Positions 13,381 to 27,065 of a DNA stretch of 64,000 nt are shown in pieces. The position numbers and the translations under genes were made by a program. How positions within the stretch are numbered: the first letter of the stretch is position 1; every line of letters begins with the position of its first letter. Source of the stretch: Octopus vulgaris (taxonomy: Eukaryota); contig OX597837.1 in assembly GCA_951406725.2 (NCBI GenBank), positions 6,138,001 to 6,202,000 on the forward strand, given 5' to 3'. Under the pieces are notes generated by a model that saw nothing but the letters and a program-made list of their open reading frames with translations, ran no database searches and was not told the DNA's origin.

Positions 13381-13771
13381 CTTAGAACTGTATTATATTT
13401 TCGTTCCAAAAATCAAAGCCACAAATTTTCTGAAGTACAATTTCTTTTTTTTTCTTCCTTTTGAAACTTGGCAACAAGAGAATTACTGGAAATTCCCCCA
13501 CCAGCATCATCTCCATCACCATCCTCATCACCATCAACTTCACCATCAACGCCATCAACACCGGTGACACCATCATTAACAATCTAAAAAAAAAAAAGAA
13601 AAACACCACACGCATAAAAATTAAAGAAACAAGGACAATATACCAAACCAAATATGGATGTTACTTGTATTGTTCGCGCCTTTATAACCTTGGGAACGTG
13701 ATATCATTATAATATCCATGCTATATTCGGTAATTGTATTAAATATATCACAGTTATTGTATCTAGTTAAA

Positions 13772-13864
13772 ATGGCGGAGAGGCGTATTTTTATTTTCGG
13801 TTTGTCGTCATTGGATTTCTCTTCGCTCACTTGTGACGTTTGTATACCATCCAAACTGCCAGAG
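13772..13864 (+). CDS. Candidate short coding exon, unknown product (MAERRIFIFGLSSLDFSSLTCDVCIPSKLPE)
   Basis: AAAATGGCGG start context, 31 open codons and a consensus donor GAG|GTAAGT at 13864/13865. No homology recognised. Confidence 0.3.
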
Positions 13865-14391
13865 GTAAGTTTTGTCTTTCATGTTGGTGGGGTGTCGCTT
13901 AAATATTTACTAATTAGAAAGAGAGAGATGTCGAAGTGTTCCTCTGTTTCGTCTCCGTGTATTGTGGCATTGTTTAGAGACGTTAAAAATAAACAATTGT
14001 CACAATTGGTTCTAAATTCTGAGTTTGAATCCTCGGGGAGTCAGCTTCTGTGGACGATAAATAAAATGATGGAGGTCGCTTACATTGATGCTTACATAGA
14101 CGTGCGGTTAAGAAGCTCGCTTTAAAACCATGTGGTTTCGTGTTCATTAGTACTGCGTGGCAACTCGGGCGAAATTTTTCTTCTAAAGCTCAAGTCCGAT
14201 TGAATTTGATACACAGAAACTCGGCAAAAGGCCGTTGTGCATCCGGATGTGTGCTTTATGGAAACTTCTTACAAAATTCGGCTGTCTTCCAACCGCTTTA
14301 ACTATCATTCGCAAATACCACGAGTAACGCTAATCAGAGTTTCTCTCAGTGGAGCATCTTCAGAGCAATTCAGTGTTAAATCGGGAGACAA

Positions 14392-14660
14392 AAATTTGAA
14401 CTCAGACGTAACAACAGACGAAATACCTATTTCTTTAATACCCACAAGGGGCTAAACACAGAGAGGTCAAACAAGGACAGACAAACGGATTAAATCGATT
14501 ATATCGACCCCAGTGCGTAACTGGTACTTATTTAATCGACCCCGAAAGGATGAAAGGCAAATTCGACCTAGGTCAAATTTGAACCCAGGACGTAATGACA
14601 GATGAAACACCGCTAAGCATTTCACCCGGTGTGCTAACGATTCTGCCAAGTCGCTGCCTT
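14392..14660 (-). mobile_element. SINE S1 with CCCCTTGTGGG..AAAGAAATA tail, joined to a further S1 fragment
   Basis: S1 head at about 14660. Tail fused to GGTATTTCGTCTG of the next copy at about 14427. Confidence 0.8.
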
Positions 14661-14929
14661 ATAAGGTACAGTCGACCTCAGTGAAATTTGAACTCTGTGT
14701 AAGAATACGTAAGAAATGCCGCAAAGTATTTTTTCCGATTTGCTATAGACTCCACCAGCTCGCCGCGTTCCTAAGCTAGAAATTATTAATAAGGAGGTCG
14801 TATTGGTAGAATTGTGAGAGAGTATGTCTTAATGCTTTGTGAGATTAGTCACGTCTCTATGTCTTCTTTGTTTAAATCCTGACGAAGACGACTCTGCATT
14901 TCATTTTTTTATTTTGCATTCTTTATTCA

Positions 14930-15134
14930 ACCACTACATCTCATCGGCCACGTTGGGGCACCTTCTTGAAGAATTTAACCGAATGACTTGACGCCAGTAC
15001 TTCTTTTTTTGTTGCAAAACCTTGTTCGTATTCTAGGGCCCCGTCGAATCGCTAAGCTACATGGACGTAAACATACCAACAATAGTGGAGGTCAAATACA
15101 AACACTCAGACACACTTACACACACACACACACA

Positions 15135-15170
<36 letters not shown>

Positions 15171-15320
15171 GACAGATTTCTTTCAGTTTCCGTCTGCCAG
15201 ACACATTTACAAGGTTTTGATCTGCCAGAAACTATAATAGAAGACATTTGACCAAGGTGTCACGTATTGGGACTGAGCCTGGAACCATGTGGTTGCGAAG
15301 CGAACTTCTTACCACACAAG
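14930..15320 (-). mobile_element. SINE family S2, diverged
   Basis: Homology to the other S2 copies. Confidence 0.7.
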
Positions 15321-15984
15321 TGTGCCTATATTTGCAAAATCGATCGAATTTTATCATTCCAGGGCGTCGGATTGTGTGAATTTCTTAGCAAATCAGGCAT
15401 GATGTTACGCAGTGCCTTCTTCGTCACTCGGCAGTCTAGCGGCAATAACACTCTCACTTGTACCAAACGGTATAGACTTTGTTTCCTCCTTGAAAAAAAA
15501 GTATATAAAAAAGTAGAACATCGGTGACATAGGATGGAGAGACATGCAGACTTATCTTCCACAAGAAGTTCCAAAACGTTCGTCTATTCAGTAAGGCTCC
15601 AAGCCAATACTGTTCTATGATCCACTGCCCCTGTGATAGTTCTAAATTCTATTCTGTTCTATTTCTTCTTTTGTATTTCGAGTGTTTTCTCTCATTCGAT
15701 TATGTAGACTTTCAATCCCTATTAAACCTATTCCCAACACTGTATCTTCGGAGGATCTCACGGATGGTGAGATAAGCAGAGTTTGAAAATCCAACCAACA
15801 ACTTCAATCGCCTAAGGACCAAGCATGCGTAGCTCGAGGTTAATAACTGATGCGGACGGAACGTACACACACATATATACGCACACACACGCATGTATAT
15901 ATATATGTATGTATATATATATATACATACATATATCTATCTATCTATATCTAGATATGTACACACATATCTAGATATATATCT

Positions 15985-16031
<47 letters not shown>

Positions 16032-16290
16032 CACACATACATTCATAAGCGTATACAGAAAAAACACACACACGCACACACACACACACACATATATATA
16101 TATGTTTACTCACATGCATATATATATGTATATATATGTGTGTGTTTACAGGCGTGCATATATGCATGCATATTGATATATTGATATATATTTATGTATA
16201 TATATATATTTATATATGTATATATGTGTATATATATATGTGTGTGTTTACAGGCGTGCATATATGCATGCATATTGATATATATTTATG

Positions 16291-16348
<58 letters not shown>

Positions 16349-17660
16349 GTGTGTATTTATATATGTATATACATGTGTATATATATGTATGCACACACAC
16401 ACTATGTAAACATTCATATACTTATACACGTGGCTTATTTATCATTGCCTGCTTGTTATTTGCATTTGTTGTTTTGCCGTTCCGTTTTAAGTTTATTAGC
16501 CTTTTGACAAAATATAATCAGATAAGCTCTGCAAACAACTAACAACAACACGAACACACACAAACACACACACACACACACACAGACACACGTACAAACG
16601 AATTCGAGAAATAAACATAAGCCATAAACCATCTCTCCTCGTATGCAACATGCGAATTTCTGCCAGCGCTAAAATTCCGCTAAATAATATATATTTCCCT
16701 AAATATGACATAATTGGCAAACTTAGAATCGTTGCAAAGAGAATTTACGCTAAAATGAATTTTTAACGACGAAAATATTATTAAATTTTCGCTTGTATTT
16801 ATTTATAGAATTAGCTGTGTTCCTGCTACGTAAGATAAGCAAAAACAGAAACAGGGGAAAAATTTTAAACCAGCAACAGTTATAATGAAAGCAAGCAAAG
16901 TTGTTGTTTGTTTTCGAAATTGACTTAGCTCGTGTATGTTTTTGTTTATCGCTTCTCCGAGTATTCCTTTTGACATTTAAAACCCATTTGTCAACATGAT
17001 TTAGTTATGCTCTGAGATATTCCAGCAGATTTTGCTGATTTCTGTTGCGGGTTCCTGCAGATCCAGCTGATTAAGGCAACGCGGATTTCATTCGTACATA
17101 TGTACTTACACATATACGTACGAACGAATGTCTGTGTGTGTGTGTGTGTATGTGTGTGTGTATATATACACGTGTGTGTGTGCGTGTGTGAATGTGTCTG
17201 TATTAACTTATGTTCGAACATACATACTATATATATATATATATATATAAATATGCGTATGTATATACACGCATTTATTTGCAAGCACACGCACACGCAC
17301 ACATATAGAGTATACTTTTATATACATTCGCAAACACACACATGCACACAAACACATAAACACACACATGTGCATATTTACAAACCTGCATTTTTGAAAT
17401 TAAAAATAGTGTATGTATATGTATATTTATACATACATCCATACATACATATGTATGCATATTCATATATACATATATGTGTGTTTATATGCATATTTAT
17501 TTATACACATACATAAATGTATATATTTACTGACATGCCCGTATACATATATATACGTGTGTGTGTTTGTGTATATGTGTGCGTATATCTATACACGTAT
17601 ATTCACACGCATTATCCATTATATATATACATTATGTACATACATACGAGCGCATGCATG

Positions 17661-17693
<33 letters not shown>

Positions 17694-17742
17694 CACACAC
17701 AGACATATATTTATATATATATATGCATATATATATATATAT

Positions 17743-17832
<90 letters not shown>

Positions 17833-18051
17833 TTGGTGGGTAGATAGATAGCTTTTCGCTATTTTTCAAAATACGTGTTACAAATATACTGACTTTCTCT
17901 GATTTGAACTGGCATGGTGAGTCTACTGGCGTGAGAAAGAATCACTTCAACACTTGGTGTTTAGGAATTTTCTTTTACATAAAGTTTAAAATTTTGCGCC
18001 GGCCGTTAAACTGTCAGTACGATGCTGTCCGTCTTTAAGAAGTCTTGAATG

Positions 18052-18530
18052 CCAGGCTCGGAATGTTTTGAATGCTAATCCTCGGAACATTCCAGGAAAT
18101 ACCCTAACCTCGGAGCTTTCGAGGAAGTAATTTTCCCTAATCTTCGGAACTTTCCAAGTACGCTATTCATCGGAACTTTCCAGGACGTACCCTAATCATC
18201 GGAACTTTCAAAGAAGTAATTTTCCCTAATCTTCGAAACTTTCCAGGAAGTAATATTCCCTAATTCTTGGAACATTCCAGTAAATACCCTAATCATCGGA
18301 ACTTTCCAGGAAGTAATTTTCCGTAATCCTCAAAACTTTCCAGAAAATACTCCAATCCTCGGAATTTTCCAGGAAATATCATAATCCTCGGAACTTCTCA
18401 GGAAGTACCATAATCCTCGTAACATTCCAGTAAATACTCTAATCCTCGGAACTTTCCAGGAAGTACCCTAATCATCGGAACTTTTCCGGATGTAATTTTC
18501 CCTAATCCTCGGAACTTTCCAGGAAGTACC
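18052..18530. repeat. About 30-35-bp minisatellite (CCTAATCCTCGGAACTTTCCAGGAAGTA[ATTTT]C)n
   Basis: About 15 diverged units. The reverse complement recurs at 21600-21720. Confidence 0.9.
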
Positions 18531-18884
18531 CTGTAGCCCCTTGTGGTGAGTAAAGAAATAAGAAACGTTAGCACGCCAGGCGAAATGCTTAGCAGTATTT
18601 CGTCTGTCTTTACGTGCTGAGTTCAAATTCTGTACACATTATAGAACAATACCGAAAAGAAGGAATAAAGCAGCTAGAGAAGAAGAATGCGATAAGGGCC
18701 AACGCTTAATGCCACAGAGTCGATTAAGATACATCCACTGGAACCGTGACTATTAAATAACTATTGCTCTGCTTCCTCGTTTCTGTTTGTATTAACGCCA
18801 TATTTACAGTCAAGTATTGACTATCGAACTATCTGAGAATATTTATTTAACGAGATCTTTTTTTTTGGTGGTTTATCAATATCG

Positions 18885-19545
<661 letters not shown>

Positions 19546-19901
19546 AGTATTCGATTTTTTTCTGCGTACCATTTGTTGCTTTTTTTTCATTTTTCTTCGT
19601 TAATATTCTTTTTTAAAAATGGCTTTTTTTTGTTAGTGTTTTATCGCATCAAACTACTGACTTCCTACGTAACATTCGATCGTTTGTAGTATTATCGATT
19701 ACACATTGTCTATTGCAAATCAATATACATAACTGTTGTATATACACATATACGTCTACGTCAATGTATATGTCTATAAATATATATGCATATATTTATA
19801 CATATATACATATATAGATACATATATATATATATATATACATATATACATACATACATATATATATACATATATACATATACATATATACATATGCACA
19901 T

Positions 19902-19935
<34 letters not shown>

Positions 19936-20289
19936 ATATAAATAAATATATATATAGGTATATATATATGTATATATATGTATATAAATATATACATATA
20001 TATACATACATATATATTAATGTATGTATGTGCATGGGGGAGGGGGGAGACAAAGGGTGTGACTGAAAGACGGCGGGTGGGGAAACCGATAAAGAAAAAT
20101 CTGTAATAAATATTTAAATTTACAGAGATCGAACGTCCATCACTTAAAGGCCACCACGGCGAAGGCCAGCTGTGGAGGTGGCGTCGCTGCCAATACCGCC
20201 CAGTGCTACGATCCTCTTTGTCATCATTGCTGTCACCAGTCTGCAGTAGTAGCAGCAGCAGCAACGTCACCAATGTCATAGCCTTCTTT

Positions 20290-20650
20290 GCTTCTACCAC
20301 CACCGTCCTAACCATCATAAGCCATTCCATCACCCCTACCACCACCACCACCACCATTACTACTGCCACTAAAATAACCACCCCCACCCCCACCAACGCT
20401 ACCAACGATGCCATTACCACGACATCCACCTCCACTACTACCACTTCCATTATCACTAACAATACCACCACCTATACCACCACCACTACTACCACCACCA
20501 CCACTACTACCACCACCACCACTACTACCACCACCACCACTACTACCACCACCACCACTACTACCACCACCACCATTACCGCTTCTGCCACCACCGTCTT
20601 CCCCATCATAAGCCATTCCACCACCACCACCATGACCACTACCACTATCA
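20290..20650. repeat. (ACC/ACT)n low-complexity tract
   Basis: Directly visible. Confidence 0.9.
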
Positions 20651-20715
20651 CTTCTCCCTCCCACGAAATTGCTGGCCTTGTGCCAAAATTGGAAATTAAT
20701 ATTTATCCCGAGTTA

Positions 20716-20930
20716 AGGAGATGAGCTGGCAGAATCGTTAGTATGTCGGACAAAATGCTTAACGGCATTTCGTCCGTTTTCACGTTCTGAGTTCAAATTC
20801 CGCCAAGTTCGACTTTGCCTTCCATTCTTTCGTGGTCGATAGAATAAGTACCAGTCGAACACTGGGGTCGATTTAATCGACTTACCTCTCCCGAAAATTG
20901 CTGGCCTTGTACCAAAATCTGAAACCAGTA
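20716..20930 (+). mobile_element. SINE family S1
   Basis: Homology to the other S1 copies. Confidence 0.8.
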
Positions 20931-20995
20931 TTTATCTTCACTTAAAAGTGACCGCTGCATTAGAGCACAAAATACTACTTTATTAACCTCTTATA

Positions 20996-21128
20996 TAGAC
21001 TTGTGGTGTATACAAGCACGTGTGTTTATAACGTTAGCGGGAGATAATCGGCTGCATCCATTACCGGAACTACAAGGCCACGTGATTTTGGTCTACCTTT
21101 CGACACGAGTGCCTGAATAGACACTGGG

Positions 21129-21173
<45 letters not shown>

Positions 21174-21332
21174 TTGACGGAGAAATCTCTTCTGTATCTA
21201 GCCGCGGACGTATATCATTGACAAGGCCAAGAAAGGTCGAAATCAGGTGACCTGGTTGCTCCGGCAGTGGTAGCAGACGATAACCTCCCGCTAGCGATAT
21301 AAACACGGCTGCTTATATGCTCCACAAGTCCA
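20996..21332. repeat. Diverged inverted repeat (about 105-bp arms) around a (TA)n tract
   Basis: GACTTGTGGTGTATACAAGCACGTGTGTTTATAACGTTAGCGGGAG (20997-) matches the reverse complement of CTCCCGCTAGCGATATAAACACGGCTGCTTATATGCTCCACAAGTC (-21330). Confidence 0.75.
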
Positions 21333-21353
21333 CATTTAAGTGAGGCTACATAT

Positions 21354-21740
21354 CTATTTTGTTACTGCCCACAAGGGGCTAAACATAGAGGAGACAAACA
21401 AGGACAGACAAAGGGATTAAGAAAATTATTTCGACCCCAGTGCATAACTGGTACTTAATTTATCGACCCCGAAAGGATGAAAGGCAAAGTCGACTTTGGC
21501 GGAATTTGAACTCAGAACGTAGAGACAGACGAAATACAGCTAAGTATTTCACCCGGTGTGCTAACGTTTCTTATTTCTTTACTGCCCACAGGGGGCTACA
21601 GGGTATTCCCTGGAAAGTTCCGAGGATTAGGGTATTTCCTGGAAAGTTCCGAGGATTAGGGTATTACCTGGAAAGTTCCGAGGATTATGGAAAATTGCAC
21701 CCGGGAAAGTTCCGAGGTATGGGGGTACCAGCTCGCCACC
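21354..21740 (-). mobile_element. SINE S1 whose head is interrupted by a minisatellite-plus-tail insert (21572-21727)
   Basis: Head GGCGAGCTGG|..|AGAAACGTTAGC is split by the insert. Confidence 0.8.
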
Positions 21741-22344
21741 TGATATCTTTAGCTAATAATACTGCTTCTGTCCAATAAATTATTTATGTTCAACGTTTGG
21801 GTCTAACCGAAAGCAAAAAAAAAAGAAAGGAAAGAAAAACCAGAAATCGTTGACCTTGATGTCCCACCTAAGATCGAACTTATGGCATCAAGATCGTGAA
21901 GTGTACGTCTTAACGGTTCGGCCATGCAATACAATATATCCGGTGCAATCAGGAGTGAGAATCGACAGAGGTCGTAACTGGCAATTCAGGCAAGAATTCG
22001 GTACAATTAGAAGCGGATATATCTGTATCAGCGGGAAGAAAGGTATAATGAAATGTGGAAATATCCCATTGTTCTTTTCCGTAAACAGAAAAGAAAAAAA
22101 AGTCTCATTCTATTGTTCTCTTCTCTAAACAGAAATATCCATTCGATGAATCAACATTTTCTATAATATTTCAGTTCTTCGTGTTTACGCTGAGTATACA
22201 TAAATCCGTGAAATTGGGAAAATATATATTCATATCTGCCGCAGATTGCGATACATGCCAAAAGAAAGACAAAATGGGAAAAGACAGGACAATCAGTCGA
22301 TGAAGAGGTCACGGAATGTGTGATGAAAGCACTCTGACAACTGA

Positions 22345-22398
<54 letters not shown>

Positions 22399-22399
22399 G

Positions 22400-22463
<64 letters not shown>

Positions 22464-22464
<1 letters not shown>

Positions 22465-22690
22465 TCGTTCGTTTATTGGTCACAAGGGCTAACAAAAATC
22501 AATTAAAACATAAAGGGACAAAACACAGGACGAAAGTTACAAAGGGTTTTGTCCGTTTGAAAAAGGTCCGTGTACAAAAGCAGGATAACAACGAAATATA
22601 AGCAACAATTAAAACTCCCAATAGGGGGAGGCGCTTCGAAAGGGTTACTCGTGGAAAAACCCATAAAAGCCACGGGAGCCTGGTCAAAAT
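22464..22690 (-). mobile_element. Probable non-LTR element 3' UTR ending AATAAA..(ATT)n, similar to the S1-associated tail
   Basis: Minus strand ends TTAGCCCTTGTGACCAATAAACGAACGAA(TTA)n. Confidence 0.45.
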
Positions 22691-22724
22691 AATAATAAAA
22701 AGAGTAAAGAGTAAAGAGTATATA

Positions 22725-22771
<47 letters not shown>

Positions 22772-22778
<7 letters not shown>

Positions 22779-23438
22779 ATATTTCGGAATGGTCATTTTA
22801 CGAGTTTAGCCAATAAAAATACACGCACTATATATTTGGGGTTATTTTGCTTCAGTGTTATTTATTTTTTACATCAATCTTAATCTAATTTCGGCCAGAG
22901 TTCTTTCGTCACACTCTGTGACCGCATCAGTGGTCCTTTGTTTTCTTCTTTCTTATTTGTGTCTCTCCTTACTAACCGTCAGCCATTTTGTATTTCTATT
23001 CGTATGTCTTCATTTGCGCATGCTTATATCTCTATGTGCGTCTATGTTTAGTTAGTGTGTGTATGTGGGGGGATGCCTGTAATATTTGTATCTTCTGTTT
23101 ATATACGTTCATGTAATTTGTATTTTGTTTTTGTTGTTGTTGTTGTTTTTGTTTATTCTTAGTTTGTTCATGTGTTTACATCCACTTATTATTATCATTA
23201 CATATGCTTGTATGTATGTATGTATGTATGTATAACAACAATACTAGTAATAATAATAAATCGAATCGAAAAAAAAAATATATATATAAGAACACTGGCC
23301 GAAATAAGATTAAGATTAATGTAAAAATTAAATAACACTGAAGCAAAATAACACTGAAGCAAAGTAACACCAAATATATAGTGCATGTGTTTTTATTGGC
23401 TAAACTGGCAAAATGACCATTCCGAAATATAACAATAT
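22772..23438. mobile_element. Penelope-like element with inverted arms (22772-22905 / 23288-23438)
   Basis: Arms are reverse complements (TATTGTTATATTTCGGAATGGTCATTTT.. / ..AAAATGACCATTCCGAAATATAACAATA). Hammerhead at the inner edge of the left arm; left end in (TA)n. Confidence 0.75.
22895..22933 (-). ncRNA. Type I hammerhead variant
   Basis: CCA-CTGATGC-G-GTCACA-GAG-TGTGAC-GAAA-GAAC-TC-TGG: 6-bp stem II, stem I CCA/TGG, core position A9 altered. Confidence 0.6.
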
Positions 23439-23624
23439 CTGTTTCAACACACGACTTCACATAAAAAATCTTGCACAACAAAATTTAAACATATATATAT
23501 ATATATTATTACTATTATTATTATTATTATTAAGGTAGTTATTTGCAATTTACAACCGAAAGGCAACCAGTATAGTCGTCACTAAAGTAATTGAGAACAC
23601 TTTCTCTCCCCTTCTGTTCACGAC

Positions 23625-24495
23625 TGTGGCTGTGTGATAAGAAGCTTGCTTCCCAACAACATCGATCTTGGTTCAGTCCCACTGCGTGGTACCTTGAGCG
23701 AATGTCTTCTACTAAAACCTCGGACCGACTAAAGCCTTGTGAGTAGGTTTGGTAGACGGAAACTGAAAGAAGCCCGTCGTATATATATAAAATGTGTGAA
23801 GGCGCATGGCTTAGTGGTCAGTGTGTTGTACTCATGACTGCAAGATCGAGGTTTCGATTCACAGACCGAGCATTGCACTGTGTTCTTGAGCAAAGCACTT
23901 CATTTCACGTTGCTCTGTGAGCATTTCGTAATCTGACATCTGACACACGGTGCACCTCAACAGGTAACGTCGATTTGATGAAGGGAGTGAGCTTATGTGA
24001 AATTAAACATTTGATCACTATAAACAATCATCTGTGTGGATCGTTGGCGATCTTTTTGCTCCGTCTTCCTCTGTCTCCTGTTTCTGAAGAAGAGCTTTGC
24101 TCGAAACATAAAACATCCTTGGACTTTCCTCTGTCTCCTGTTTCTGAAGAAGAGCTTTGCTCGAAACATAAGACACCCTTCCTTTCCTTCCCTGAGCGTC
24201 TTATTAATACTTTGTATGTACCACGTCCTCGCGTTGTTGTTTGTTCTTGTTGCCATTTTTTCTCCGTTTTTAAAAATTAATTTTGTGTATGTGTTTCTCC
24301 CCCACCACCGCCGTTTGACAACCAATGCTGGTGTGTTTACGTCCCCGTAACATAGTGGTTCGGCAAAAAGAGAACGAAACGATAAGGACCAGGTTTTAAA
24401 AGAAAATGCCCTGGGGTCAATTTAATTTGATCGACTGAAACCCTGCAAGGCGGTGCCCCAGCATGGCCACAGTCAAATGACTGAAACAAGTAAAA
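23625..24495 (+). mobile_element. SINE S2 with a nested S3 SINE (23801-24030) and hammerhead element (24033-24280) in its internal microsatellite
   Basis: S2 head at 23625-23780 and S2 3' half at 24285-24495. Confidence 0.8.
24079..24175 (+). ncRNA. Tandem pair of minimal hammerheads, 60 bp apart
   Basis: TGTTT-CTGAAGA-A-GAGC-TTT-GCTC-GAAAC-ATA-A(A/G)ACA at 24079-24115 and 24139-24175. Confidence 0.7.
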
Positions 24496-25058
24496 AATAC
24501 TCATTCTCCCCCCAAAAGCAAAAACAAAAAAAACCTTCTCCACAACCATTCCGTTCTCCATCACTTTGACATTCTGACGTCCATTATTTCTTCATCAAAG
24601 ATCATTGAGAATCTCAAAGTTCAACGAACCATTTCTAAAGTTTTTTTTTTCTTTCACAAATGTTGCTTTTATTGTTGTTGTCATCGTTGTCGTCGTCGTC
24701 GTTGTTGTTGTTGTTGTATATTTTTAATTTTTAATCTTATTCATTTCCGAAGGTTATCAGGTTCTTTCGAGCTTTTCTTTTCAACACATTCAATTCTCTT
24801 TCTTTTTTCTTCTTCTGTCTACCCTAATGTCTCTTTCATTCACTCATTTTTCATTCATCCACACTCTCTATGGCTCTTTATTCTCCCGCTTTCTCTCTCT
24901 CTCTCTCTAATTCCCTAACCTATCTTTATTACTCTTTCTATATAGACCTCTCTTTTACTCTTTACTCCTTCCGTCTACCAAATCCATTCTATCAAATTGT
25001 CCTTTATCTTTGTACCTCCCTCACTCTTTCTAATTTTTCTCTCTCTAATTTCGCATTG

Positions 25059-25148
<90 letters not shown>

Positions 25149-25160
25149 CTTTATTTAATT

Positions 25161-25240
25161 TTTGTTGAATTTCTGCCGCTTTTAAATAAAGCATATTACT
25201 CTACCCCTGGTATTTGAGAACACTTGTTTACTCCGGTATA
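25161..25240 (+). mobile_element. 3' fragment of the hammerhead element family at 63103-63312, ending TTTACTCCGG(TA)n
   Basis: Reverse complement of 63101-63203 with an internal deletion. Confidence 0.7.
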
Positions 25241-25466
25241 TATATATATATATATATAGTGTACATTTAAATACATAAGCGCGGTATCCATCATAGGACT
25301 CCTTGCACGCTAGAAAGAACATCGCCTTTCATCCTTTCGGGGCCACTGAAATAAGTACTATTTAAGCACTGGGGGTCAATGTAATCGACTAGCCCCTTTC
25401 CTGAATTTTCAGGCTTTTTACTTATAGCAGAAAAGATTATTATCATTATTGTTGTTGTTGTTGTTG

Positions 25467-25532
<66 letters not shown>

Positions 25533-25533
<1 letters not shown>

Positions 25534-25751
25534 CTTTTACTCTTTTACTCGTTTCAGTCATTTGACTGCGGCCATGCTGGAGCACCGCCTTTAATCGAGC
25601 AACTCGAGCCCGGGACTTATTCTTTTGTAAGCCCAGTACTTATTCTATCGGTCTCTTTTGCCGAACCGCTAGGTTACGGGGATATAAACACCAGCATTGG
25701 TTGTCAAGCAATGCTAGGAGGATAAAGACAGACACACAAACGCACACACAT

Positions 25752-25802
<51 letters not shown>

Positions 25803-25965
25803 TACGACAGGCTTCTTTCAATTTCCGTCTACCAAATCCACTCACAAGGCTTTGGTCGGTCCAAGGCTATAGTAGAAGACACTTGCCCCAGGTGCCACGC
25901 TGTGGGACTGAACCCGGAACCATGTGGTTGGTAAGCAAGCTAGTTACCACACAGCCACTCCTGCG
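25533..25965 (-). mobile_element. SINE family S2, full length
   Basis: Homology to the other S2 copies. Confidence 0.85.
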
Positions 25966-25967
25966 CC

Positions 25968-26040
<73 letters not shown>

Positions 26041-26074
26041 CATTATTATAATTATTATTATTATTATTATTATT

Positions 26075-26345
26075 TGATAAAAACTCTCAGCTTATTTTGC
26101 TGGGTATGATGGAAAGTGTCAATTATCCACGGCCAGCAGACGAAGCTGGCTCTAGTTTACTGAGCATTCTTCAAGGACACCGCGGAGAACTCTTGCATTT
26201 CCAAGTAATAATGATTATTTTTTAATTGTTCACAACAACACTGACAGGTTTCCGATGTCTAATCTGGTGGTCCCACTAGTCATTGGACCCCATAAGATTT
26301 TGCAATTTTCATTCTCGGTAACTCCTTCTGGGATTTGGTCATATT
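26075..26345 (-). pseudogene. Old R4/Dong-clade 3' fragment (REL endonuclease remnant) ending at (TAA)n
   Basis: YDQIPEGVTENENCKILW..DHQIRHRKPVSVVV and LLGNARVLRGVL, comparable to the C-terminus of the 58341-60260 protein. Confidence 0.7.
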
Positions 26346-26380
26346 TATATATTTATTTATTTATTTATTTAACTATTTGT

Positions 26381-26672
26381 GGACGTGCAATGGCCCAGTG
26401 GTTAGGGCAGCGGACTCGTGGTCGTAGGATCGTAGTTTTGATATCCAGACCGGGCGTTGTAAGTGTTTATTGAGCGAAAACACCTAAAGCTCCACGAGAC
26501 TCCGGCAGTGTGGTGGTGGTGACGATCTTTCGCCACAACTTTTTCTCACTGTTTCTTCTGTTGGCCTTCTCGTTTAGCCAGCGGGGTGGCGTCATTTGAA
26601 GGCCCTAACAATGCGAGGCGCATTGTGACCAGCGATGTGTAGCAACATCTGATAGGCTGGTCGGTCACGGTG
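26381..26672 (+). mobile_element. tRNA-derived SINE family S4
   Basis: TGGCCCAGTGGTTAGGGCAGCGGACTCG..GAGCGAAAACACCTAAAGCTCCACG. Copies at 52275 and 56941. Confidence 0.8.
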
Positions 26673-26756
26673 ATTTATTTATTTATCTATTTATTATCTA
26701 TTTATTCCTGTTGATGTTGTTCGTTGCAGATGTGTTTTCCTAATCATTACCCGAGA

Positions 26757-27065
26757 CTATTTTGTTTGTTCCTTCTCGAGCCATGCCTGGCTCATAAGGG
26801 CCGGTTTACCGGTTTCCTTGGCGTATAGGTTTCCCACCATGGACGGGACGCCGGTTCGTCGCAGGTGAGCTGCAAGATGCAGGAGGAAAGAGTGAGAGAA
26901 AGTTGTGGTGAAAGAGTCAGCAGAATTTTTGCCATTACCTTCTGTCGGAGCCGCGTGTGGCTGAGGTGTTTCGCTCATAAACACACATATCGCCAGGTCT
27001 GAGATTCGAACCCGCGATCCCTCGACCGGGAGTACGCTGTTCTAACCACTAGGCTATGTGCCTCC
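26757..27065 (-). mobile_element. S4-related SINE
   Basis: A box TAGCCTAGTGG, B box GGTTCGAATCT and S4-like body on the minus strand. Confidence 0.75.

Noticed and set aside
15326-15870. Possible degenerate transposase
   Set aside because: No convincing DDE/DDD motif or TIRs
18052-18530. CRISPR-like 30-bp repeats
   Set aside because: Head-to-tail units without spacers
20203-20724. Mucin-like Thr-rich ORF
   Set aside because: (ACC/ACT)n tract is open in several frames and runs into a SINE
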